Of a stretch of 64,000 nucleotides of DNA, positions 1 through 12,100 are shown in pieces. The stretch spans positions 8,866,001 through 8,930,000 of the forward strand of contig CAIIXF020000001.1 of assembly GCA_903813345.2 (NCBI GenBank), written 5' to 3'. Numbering within the stretch: the stretch's first letter is position 1; the number at the start of each line of letters is the position of its first letter. The notes beneath the pieces were generated by a model. That model saw only the letters and a list, made by a program, of their open reading frames with translations. It did not search any database and was not told the origin of the DNA. The position numbers were made by a program, and so were the translations under genes. This DNA is from Owenia fusiformis. Taxonomy: Eukaryota.

Positions 1-72
1 TATTTATTCAAAGTCTAATCAAGACTCAGTTCTTAATGTTCTACTGTATTGTATTTGTAATGTTAATTTCAG

Positions 73-3000
73 CTTTTACCAGAGAAGACACGAGTGATTC
101 GTGTAATGCCAAACACACCAGCTTTGGTCCAGTCAGCTGCCTCTGTATTTGCCATGGGATCTTATGCACAGAATGGTGATGGTGATCTTGTTGCGGAACT
201 ACTCAGTAGTATTGGTAAGTGCCATCATTGCACAGTAAAACCTGTCTTAGTGAACACCTCTCTCAAGTGAACACCTGTCTTTAGTGGACACCCTTCATCG
301 ACACATACTCTACAGATTTTCATTTCTCTGTAGAGAACACCTACCAACAATGAACATTTTTTCTTCAAAATAATGTTCAATATACACATGTCTTACTGTA
401 CATGTACTTGTAAATCCCCAAATCCCTTTAACTTAAAAGCAATGATTTTATCATGAATGAGGCACCAGGAATAGGTGGGACAGTTAACTCAAACTATCAT
501 AGCTAGCAAGATTTTTTGTTTAGATTCATAGTTTAAATCAGGATGTTGCAGTATGAGAATTATAGACAAATGGTAATATAGGCATGCAGTAGTCATCTGT
601 TCTGATGTGACTGTATGTTCTTATGCTATTCTAGGTATATGTGAGGAGGGTAAAGAATCTCTACTAGATGCTGTCACAGGCCTGAGTGGCAGTGGTCCAG
701 CATATGTAAGTACGTTATAAGGCTAAAGTATTCTGAGATTCATGTAAAATCAATTAATTATCTTCCAAAGGAGCTGAACCTTTGTCAATGGCCTAAAGAC
801 TCCACAAAAATGATGTTGTAGCAACCTGCAATTTTACAGGGTGTCTGTGGATAAAAATGCTGTTTCACATACTTTTAGTCCCAGTACATGTTCATGGGAA
901 AAGATGAACTCAATTGATACAGAATTAACAAAGTGCCAACACCAATCTTGTTAGTTTTAGGACACTCTGTGTCTACATTTAATCATTTATACTGTATTTT
1001 GGGAATTACAGGCATTTGCCGCGATTGAGTCAATGGCAGATGGAGGAGTAAAAATGGGACTACCAAGAGACTTGGCACAAAAGCTTGCAGCGCAGACCAT
1101 GCTTGTGAGTTTGGACACATATTGTTTATAAAAAATGTGAAATGGTTTATGCATCAATTAGTTTAAACTATTAATTGAAAAGTTGAAAAAGAGATGGTAT
1201 GAAATAATATCACTACTTCTTTATGTATCAAGCATATAAAAAACAGGTGGTCCATATTGTGAAAATCAGCTCAAAATTTCAGAAAAGGAAGTTGATTATT
1301 TGATTGCCAGTACTTGTCTAAGGTTCTGAAAGACTTCATTATAATAGACCAATCCAGTAAATCATGCCATCTATTGGTTATGATGTCATTCTTACAATTT
1401 CAGTGCAGAAATAGGATTATTAAAATATTAGTTAGTGAGGTAGCACCGAAAAATGTACCCGCTTCTGAACAAATTGAAATTACTTGTTTCTTATGTATTT
1501 TTATGTGATACTTCAGAAAATTTTTGTCTGATGCGCCGTATCCGGGGCGAAAGTTGTCAAAATTGGGTTTTTGACCCTAAAAAGGAAAATTACAGGGGGT
1601 ACATTATCATCATTGAATAATTCATTCAGTTGGTCTTCAATCATCATAATAATTTTATCGAGAGTTGATGAGATCATTTTTAGGTAGTATGCAAAGTTTC
1701 AATGGTCTGTCACTCGTGGTTGCCATGGAAACCACAATTTTTGCTGAGAAAATCCTTAATTTTGGTAAAACCTGTACCTGTACATAATATAGAATGTGGA
1801 TTATTTTTCAAATCAACAGATATCAGAACATTTTAGCATTTTCAAAATTACAAGGGCAGTCCAAACATTTATCTAAATATAAAGGATATTGCAATTAACT
1901 TAACTGGGGAGTGTCAAAGACCATACAATTACATAAGTGATCAAAAGTGGGCGTCGCCCTTATCATAGTAGATGATTGCCATTCTCTTAAAATACAGAGT
2001 TTTACTTGACTTTTGAGATATATTTATAATGATGTTCTTCGGTTATATTAAATATGAAGCATTTTTGGTAAATAATGTACATGTAAGTGTTATACTTATT
2101 GCATTGGGGAGGGGGTAGATGGGGGGGGGTGTAACAGAATTGGAAGAGGGCAAAGCTAATCACCCTTAAGTATAAATCTCATCTACATAGTTCTGGATTT
2201 CATAGGGTTCATCTTCTGGGTCTTCTTCACATTCATCTGAATATATAGGATATTATAATTCTGCATCATTGGTAAGTATAAAGACCATAGAATTACTCAA
2301 GTGATCAAAAGTGGGCGTCGCCCTTATAGATTCATTCTCTATAAATACAGAGTCTAAGTTGACTTTTGAGATACATTTACATTACAACTTCTTTGATTAA
2401 ACTTAATTTCAAGCATTTCTGGTTAGTAATGCACATCTAATTGTAATAGTTCTTGCCTGGGGGAGGATGGGGGAGAGTAGTAACAGAATTGGGAGGGGGC
2501 AGAGGTAATCAGCCTTAAGTATAAATCTCATCTGCATAGTTCTGGATTTCATGGGGTACATCGTCTGGGTCTTCTTCATATTCATCTCAATATATGGGAT
2601 ATGACAATTTACAGGATTTGTCAAACACCATACAATTACATATTTATAAACGATCAAAAGGAGTGTCACCCTAACAATAGTAGATGATTGGTTCTTTGTA
2701 TAAATACAAAATTGAACTTGACTTTTGAGATACATTCATAGTTATACTGAACTCCTGTTATTATAATTTATGTCAAGCATTTCTGGTAAATACATCTGTG
2801 TAAGTATTATAGTTTTTACATTTGGGCAGGGGTGAGTAGTAACAGAATTAGAATGTGTAGATCTAATCTGCCTTTAAGTATAAATCTCATCTTTTTAATT
2901 CTGGATTTCATAGGGTACATTTTCTGGGGTTTTCTGATTCATCTCCTGGTGTTGCTATATCACCAATCTCTTGTATGAGAATATCAGTCAATACCCACTG

Positions 3001-6000
3001 GAAAGATATGGAGCCATTTAGTTTCCATTCAAGTCCATCTGGTGGTTCACTACGAGGATTTGCAATATGGGCCATACAGACAATAAGTGCTTTATATGGA
3101 TGAGATGGTTACAACAATCAGACAGTCATTCATTAGACCAACTTAGGAAAATTATCTAGAGATGAGATGAGTGTGACACCCATAATGACCTTGGAAAGGC
3201 ACAAATAGCAAGTATAGACGAAGACATAAAGATGACAAAAACCGCAATCAAAGACTTTCTTGATCCATTTACCATTGACGATGAAGGTCATCTCTACGGT
3301 GTATCATAAGGAGAATCTGTGCCAAATGATGTCGCTGCAGATCTCATCTAATTTTAGTCAAAAGGGGAAATTGCATGAAGAGATGCCATCTGAGATTAGT
3401 TGAAAAAAAGATTTTATGATCTAATAAAACATATGAAATTGAAAACTATAGCAGCAAACTACAGCAGCAACAGTGACAGTGACAGTAAAAAAGTACTCAG
3501 AACAAGCTTATACAAATACATTCTGAATGAAACATCTTTGAACAGCTTCGTTCTGCTTAAGAACATAAAATTAGCCTAGAATGTCTCCTGCAGTTCCTAT
3601 TGAGCCCTGTGCCTTGGGCTCTAGGAACACTGACTGGACTTCTTGCAAGAACAGAGAAACGCATCCCTATGCATGAACATGTACCCACAAGTGCCAAAGG
3701 GAAAGGACCAAAATTTGTAATAGAACCCAGCAAGAAAAAGAAAACTTCTAAATGTATACAAGTCATAAGGAAAACAAACCCCAACTATCCCAAACCATAA
3801 TTCAACTTGAAAGGTAGTTTTGTTTCTGGATCTGGCGGAGACTGTTTCAAGATTCTACAATTGCAGATTGATTCGTTTTTGTATGTGATAATTACATCAA
3901 AAATTCTATAAAGGAACCTGAAAGAGGGGAGGGACACCTTGCCCTATTTAAGGTAGAAAAACACGAGTCCCTAAAGATTGGAATTAGTTCTTGTATGATG
4001 ATGAAAACAAAAAGCAAATACAGCAAAGTGTGCTGCTGGATATTTGAGTTGGAAACAAATGAAGACTGATGTCAGTGGTATTTCCTCCAATATAGACCCT
4101 GACATATATGGGCACCCATATATGCAGCCTTCCTAGCACTCCACACATTCACAGATGAAGTGCCATGCAGAAGGGGCAATAGCACCTTTTTAAAAGGCAA
4201 AGGTGGAGCGCCATATAGATACACTCAACTGAATGACTCTCAAATCTGAAAGTGTAGTGGTATATTCTCCCACATGATATTGTTAATATATTAACATCGG
4301 GAGGTTTATGAAAATGATCAGCCTATGATATTAATACTTAAGACTGACTGGCCATTGGCTCTGCCCCCTCCCATTTCTGCTACTACCCCCCTTGCCCCCC
4401 ACAGGGAATAAATATTACAATACTAAATGTAATCAAAGAAGTTTTAATATAAAAAATAAATCTTGAAGTCAAGTTAAACTCCATATTCATAGAGAATGAA
4501 TTATCTACTATTGTTAGAGCAACACCCACTTTTGATCACTTATGTAATTGTATGGTCTTTGACACTTACCAATCATGTAAATTGAAATATCCCATATATT
4601 GAGATGAAGAAGACCCAGAAGTGAAGAAGACCCACAAGATGCACCCCTTGAAATCCAGAACTAAATAAATGAGATTTACATTTAAGGCTTATTAGCTCTG
4701 CCCATTTCCAATTCTGTTACTCCCCCCCCCCTCCTCCACCCCCAGACAATAACTATTACAATTAGATGTACATATATAACTTACCAGAAATGCTTGACAT
4801 TAAGTATAAATCAAAGGTGTTTTTAAGTAAATGTACTTCAAAAGTCAAGTTAAACTCTGTATTTATAGAGAATGAACCATATACTATGATTAGGGCGACG
4901 CCCACTTTTGATCACATGTGTAATTCTATGGTCTTTGACACTTACCAACCATGTAAATTTATATCTTATATATTGAGATGAATATTATAAGACCCAGAAG
5001 CTGTACCCTATGAAATCTAGAACCATGTAGATGAGATTTACACTTAAGGCTGATAAGCTCTGCCCCCTCCCAATTCTGTTACTACCCCCCCCCCCTCCCC
5101 CCTGTATCCCCATGCAATAACTATAACACTTAGATGTAAAAATGCTTGATATTAAGTATAACCAAAGAAATTCAATATAAATGTATCTCAAAAGTCAAGT
5201 AAAACTCTGTATTTATAGAGAATGGCAATCAACTACTATTATGAGGGCGACGTCCACTTTTGACCACTTATGTAATTGTATGGTCTTTGACACTTACCAG
5301 TCATATAAATTGCAATATTCTTTCTCTTTAAACAAATGTTTGGACAGCCCTAGTGATTTTTAGAGTGCTAAAATGTTCTGATATCTGTTGATTTGAAAAA
5401 TAATCTACATTCTATATTATGTACAGGTACAGGTTTTACCAAAATTAAGGATTTTCTCAGCAAAAATTGTGGTTTCCATGGCAACCACGAGTGACAGACC
5501 ATTGAAAGTTTGCATACTACCTTAAAATGATCTCATCAACTCTCAATAAAATCATTATGATGATTGAAGACTAACTGAATGAATTATTCAATGATGTTAA
5601 TGTACCCCCTGTAATTTTCCTTTTTAGGGTCAAAAACCCAATTTTGACAACTTTCGCCCCGGATATGGCGCGTCAGACAAAAAATTTCTGAAGTATCACA
5701 TAAAAATACATAAGAAACAAGTGATTTCAATTTGTTCAGAAGCGGGTACATTTTTCGGTGCTACCTCACTACCTATATTGCTTATTTTCAAAAACTTCTT
5801 TCAATTTTGTTTACAAACATTGCTGCTTATAAAGTATGACATCATAAATCTAGCCAATATACCCTAGTTTGGTTCACAAATAGGGGTCAGGATTTATTGG
5901 AAAGGTCTATTGTAGAAAGGTGATAGCATCAATGGACTGGGGGAATCAGCCCATATATGAATTTGAATATATGAATAAAAAAACCAATTTGTTTGTACTT

Positions 6001-6247
6001 TATACACACATGTAATTCTGGGGATTTGGTGGATTGTATTTAAAAAATATTTTTATATATGTTACAGGGTGCTGCTAAGATGGTCCTTGAATCAGGAAAA
6101 CACCCAGGAGAATTAAAAGATGGCGTATGTAGTCCAGCAGGAACAACAATTGCTGCTATGCACAAATTAGAAAAGGCAGGATTCCGGGGTGCTCTAATAG
6201 ATGCTGTCGAGGCTGCCACACTCCGAGCCCGAGAACTGGGAAGTTAA
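73..6247 (+). CDS. PYCR: Pyrroline-5-carboxylate reductase, last four coding exons (73-214, 635-705, 1012-1104, 6068-6247); 5' part lies upstream of the window
   Basis: GT-AG exons splice in frame to [19 protein letters not shown]...[117 protein letters not shown] and SPAGTT are P5CR signature motifs. Confidence 0.96.
1433..5771. mobile_element. Degenerate Academ-like DNA transposon with long inverted arms, in the last PYCR intron
   Basis: Termini TAGTGAGGTAGCACCG...CGGTGCTACCTCACTA; inverted arms over 1 kb including mirrored ~310-350 bp subterminal repeats. Interior (+, ~3000-4100) has broken coding remnants ([50 protein letters not shown]) resembling the XPG/PIN-like region I associate with Academ proteins. 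No clean TSD; superfamily is tentative. Confidence 0.7.
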
Positions 6248-6796
6248 ATGTGAGGACCATTGATAATGAACTATAAAACAGATACAGTTTCATACATGGT
6301 ACCAAAGTTGTGATGAATATCATATTGTTTTTTGTTGTATGACATGAATAGTATGTTTCATCTATCTGTTGGATCAAACGTAAAAATTCATTGAAAAAGG
6401 TACATGGTGAAACAGTATCATGTAAGTTCATTTTAATTATGGACTAACACAGTTGACAGTTTATTGCATGAGTTCAGTTACATATATAGATATGCAGTTA
6501 CTAACCTAATCCTGAAATACTATGGGACCATATTGAGCAAGAATATTACAGTTGCACCATGAACATTAGAAAAAAAACAATTTAGGAGAACTTATATGAA
6601 GCCAATGCTTTGTGCAATAGGCAGGGAAACATCTATAACTCCAATAGATGTAATATGTGATATATGTGTCATTCAGAAATTTTGTTATGTAGTAAAACTA
6701 CAACAAAAATGTGGATGATTTCCATCTATTGTCAGAGACTTTAAACACATGTTTTATCTGTTCACAAGAACTAAGAATACTTTTAAACAACTGAAT

Positions 6797-7302
6797 CACA
6801 CCAGAATAGCCTGACAATGGTAAGGTCAGATACTCTTGTCACAAATGGCGGACATAACCGTCGCTTCAACTCTTTAATCACTTGGTCCTAATTTCATGGG
6901 ATTTTATCGTCGCTAATTCTGTGCATGTAAGCTCTTGTGGTGATGTATCATATGAAATCCCAATTTCAATCAAATTTGGTCATGAATCGCCAGAATATAG
7001 CCTCTTCGATATCGTCAATGACAACAGAATCTGAATTTGATATAATTTACAAAGATGGCATATGGTAATACAGTGTCCGTTGTCCCGTATCTCATTTTGA
7101 TCTGTGGTATTTCGATTGGTAGAACATTATTAACTGTACAATGAGTATAAAGACACTTAAATTGATTGTTGTTCCAAAGGAATTCAGTCTAGGTGCTCTA
7201 TTAAACATACAGTTCATGAAAATCTAATTGAAGCGACAGTTATGTCTGCCATTTGTAACAACGGTATTTGACTTTACCGTTGTCAGGCTATTCCGGGGTG
7301 TG
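6797..7302. mobile_element. MITE with CACAC...GTGTG termini and 3-bp TSD (AAT); CMC/EnSpm-like
   Basis: About 70-bp inverted termini; AAT on both flanks; a partial second copy lies at 58665-58905. Confidence 0.75.
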
Positions 7303-9161
7303 AATAATACTTTGGTTTTATTCAGATTCAACTGCGTGTATAGTTCATTTAATGTATGTTAATTAGTGGTGCTACTTCCATGAACTATACATAATCAACA
7401 AAAAATTATATTTTTTTTTAGTATTAGTTATCATTAATTTATTTGCTTCAAACAGTAAAAATGTATATGCTGACATAGAAGATTGAGAGATAACTTCAAA
7501 TGAAAGTATAAAAATTCAACAATATGCAACTATGTAAGCATGTTCGCCACCTTAAAGATTTCTTTTAATTTGTTGTAGAATATTTTATGTACAATCTGAT
7601 TTCTGATGTTAAACTTAATAAATTATATGTGAATTATTTTAACAAATTGTTCAGAGAATTGAATATTAATTGTTTGAAAGAAATAAACTTATTGCGAATG
7701 GGTTAAAACATCTAAAAGGAAATAAAAGACATGAAGATAGTTCTTCAGTTTGCACTTATGAATCAGTTGATAAAATGGTAAAGGTTTGGAACATATTTAT
7801 AATTGCATCCTCAACCGACTAAAAGGAAAAATCAGCCTAATGTTTGGGAAGACATTATTTACAGATTCTAACATAGAATGATTTTAAAGTGTCTATATAT
7901 TATGCATGTAAGTGCAAAATGGGTAGCCTATCGAACCAATGATTATTTTCAATTTTCCTTTTGTCACTGATTGTTCATGTAATATACAATCTTGTAAGGC
8001 AAGATTATTTGAAGTATATCCAATAAAATTCAAGAACACATTTACTGCAAAAGAGGCCAAGATATTTACACAATGCGGCAAACTACTATTGAAGCTATCC
8101 TAATTACTCCCCAGTGCTTTTGTCAAAATATTCTGATCCTCTCCCATTCTCTTACCCACTTGGCTACACATACCTTTTATTTCTTAACTACAAAAATTGA
8201 ACATTTGGGCACTTTGCACAGCTCATTTACTGCAAAAAGTATTGCATCTTAATCTTGAGGAATGAAAATATGTAGCCTGTGTTTTGAGAATTCACCAGCA
8301 TATCCTTCAAAGTTTCTTTCACAATAAAGGCATTTGCAAATATCATTTACCAATATCATACCACTGTATGTATTATTTAGAAATATAATCACCTTGTCTG
8401 CATTTTTTCCAAATTTTATATCAGCTCAGAAAAGCTTTGAAAGATTCCTGTAACAGTCTTTTTAAAAAAATTTTGGAGAGAATTCATGTTTGTACCACTA
8501 AATGTATCTACAGATGAATCAGATTAAATAATACTTACAGTGTTTTATCGGTTGTCCTTTCAATAAGTACATTATGCATATGGTATTTCAAATATTTTAT
8601 AATACTCTCAATGATCAGAATATTTTGTGGGAAAGTCAATCCTATATGTCCATTTTTGCTAGGCCTACTAATATACACAATGTACAGTAATTTACAATAT
8701 TTTAAGGAAATGAGCATTTAAATTATATACAGCCATATGCCTGCGCAAACATGTAGTTATAAATGGTTAAAACTTGGAATGAGTAAGCAATTTACACAAA
8801 TCTGAATAAGAAAATTGAAATGAAAGTATGCTAGGAGTTAAAGCTATAGTACAACCACCAAAATTAACAATGTACAATTACACGAATACTTGTCATTCAA
8901 AGTAAAAAGTTTTGACATTTTCCCGCCATAAATTGAGTTTAAACTCAAAGGGCCTCTGATTGTCACCCTTGATCTCATACTGCAGATGTGGCGCATTTAG
9001 CCCATTGCATCTTGCTTTGCTCGGCGGGTGCCACACTACAACATCAATGCATTGCTGTATATAGCATATGTATGAAGCATTTGACCTTAAACCACCAATA
9101 TTGTTGTTTAATCAATTGTGGTAAGTATAGTAATTGCTATCCAAGTAGTTTGGGCTTAAAA

Positions 9162-12100
9162 TCATACTATGAAGTCAGATCCTTTGTTGAGATTATTAAG
9201 GCTATCTACACCACTGTCCAACCCATTGTCTGATGGTGTCGTGGTTGTGTCACTGGCAGCCTCTCTGGTACCATTCTCTATTAAAACCACTACAAGGTCA
9301 CTAAGACCTTTTTTGGGTGTACCTGCTGGGGTACCTAAATCATATTTATACTTTCTCCAGAACTTCTGGATCTTCTTTGCAGCATTGATCTCAACCTGTC
9401 GGTTCAACGTAGTGCTTATCTGCTCATACCCTTCTACATCAGGGACTATTACAGGAACATCTTCTATGTTATCTAGCTCAATCTCCCCTGTGCCAAGATA
9501 GTCCTTTGTTAATGCATCTAGGATGTCCTTGCAGTACACTCTATCCTCTGTACATATTGGAATATTCAGTGTTACCACTTTATAAAAGTTTGGAATGGGT
9601 TTGCGTAAAGGTTCATCTAAAGCATCTACAAAGTCACAGAGCTGATCTAAATGTATAAAGTGAGTGGCTTCTGGGTCAAACTTTTCCCATGTCTCATAGT
9701 AAAGATCAAAATCCTCGCCAGTTAATCCTTTCTGAACATCCTCAGTTGCTTGGCTGAAATTCTCCAGAATAACAGCAATGTACATATTCACAATTACAAG
9801 AAAGTTCAAAATAAGATAGCTGAGGAGATAAGCTACAGCCATTCCACGATTTCCACAATTAGGTGGTACACCATCAATTTCCTCTGTTGTACAGTCCTCT
9901 TCGTTTCCGATCCCTTCTAGGATTGAATTCCAACCTGCTGAAGTGGAAATTTGGAATAGAATTACCATCCCATTCCCCATTGTCTGGAAGTTGAATATTT
10001 CATCAATTCCCGCATGATACTTGACGTGCATGAAAAAGTTCATACCAAATATGGAATATATGAACATAACTAAGAAAAGTAGTAATCCAATGTTGATTAA
10101 AGCAGGTAAGGATACAAGTAGCGAGAATAATAAAGTCCTTATTCCTTTAGCTCCCTTTACTAGACGCAGGACACGACCTACACGGGCTATACGCACTACT
10201 CTTAATAATGTTGGGGAGACGAAGTACTTGGCGATTATATCAGCAAGAAACAAAGCTGAAATACAGAAATAAATAATTAAAATGATGTTATGTATAACAT
10301 ATCTTAGAGTGTGCAATTTTAGAATTTATACCATTTCATAATAATTAATAATGATTCTCTTTAACAAGATATACACATTGTCTTGTCAATGGATTTTTTC
10401 TTGGATTTAAAAATCATAAGTAGCTAATGCTATGCCTACCTAAAATTGACACAATAACAATGATGAAGTCAAATACATTCCAAGGGCTTTTAAAATAGTG
10501 CTGCCTTAGTCCAAACAATTTCAGCACACACTCCATGGTAAATACCACGATGAAGACTGCGTTGATCCAGTAGAGAATGTTGGAGTAAGAATCTGGCTGG
10601 TCATAGTATTCGCATGCCATCAGAACCATGTTTAACATGATGATGGCCATAATTGCGATGTCAAATTTCTGATCCATTACAAAGTCAAATATAGCAGCTT
10701 GGGGTCTCCACTGAAATGAACAATAAAGTGTTTATAATACATTATTGTTGATTGAAAATAAGGTGCTTAGATACTTTAAAACAACCCATTTGCTAATATT
10801 ATGATTAATTTTGTTGTATCTTTGAATTTATAATGATTTATTAATTGTTATTTGACTTATTTTCACTTCAAAATATGCTTTCCATGGTAGCTAATTAGGA
10901 AAATATCAGATATTACACCATGAACAAAATGCAAGTAGTATGCATTCTAAAGGTGAAATGTATGTGTTATCTTCAGATGCAGAGTGTAAAAATATGTACC
11001 TTAGGTCTTGGAACAGGTTTCTGTGGTTTTTGGGAGCCCATCTTTTTCATGGCCTGGTAATACCTCCTTTGCTCCTCTGTCATGAAGATCTCCATTCCTC
11101 CTTCGTACAAAAACAAAAGCAACAGTAAGGATCTAACCAACATAAAATGCAGCAGCATGGTTGGTTGATTGATAGAACATGTATTTAGGCTACATCAAAA
11201 CATGCTTGTTTTTTGTGAGAGTGTTTTAATAGTCTATGAGTTGATAGAATTAATGTCATCATATAATATATTGATATTATGATATTACCTCATATTACAG
11301 TGTACAAGGTTTACCGTTTAGCAGTTTAACATTGGTAAACTTTTAATTTATTAATTTCATGAGAGCAAAATGATATCTAATTATATTTAGTCTTTAGAAA
11401 AATAACCAACATGCTTTTAATGGTGTCATAAAAATGTTAATATAATGCAGCAAAATGTCTAGGTTATTTTCTACGCTATGAAAGTATTTCAATCTTAAAT
11501 TTTAAAAAATGCTTAACTTCTTTGAAAACTGATTTGTTTGAATTATTTAAAGGAAGAAAATAATTGTTCATTGGTGCGTTCTACCTGGTTGTCACTCTAA
11601 GATCTTGTTTGAATGGGATATGAATGAAATCAATCCATCTGTACAGGACAACTATTCAGAATAAAGGAGGATAACGTTTTTTATTCTCAATTGTCGATAC
11701 CTGACACAATGGCTTCTGAGGCAATCATAATGTTTATGTAGAAGGTGTTGCTTTTATATTTTGTCATTTCTTGGTCAGTGGGGTAATGTATGATGATCTC
11801 ATATCCTGATTGTTTCAATCTTTTTTATTAATCATTTTGGTCTCCTTAAGTTATGATTGATAGAATACAATTTTCAGAATTAACAAAAAAACACTTGCTT
11901 CGGTTTCAGCAACTTTAACATTTTGGAATCACTTTGGAAGTTTACCTTCATTTTATAATTATGTGCAAAATAATTTGATTAGTAGAAATAAAATCATAGT
12001 ATAGCGCTACCCTAATGCAAGCAAACTTAACTTGCTTTCAGATCCATACTGTATTTTCATTTTAAGCATGAAGGGGTTTCCCTGGAATACTAGGAATAAA

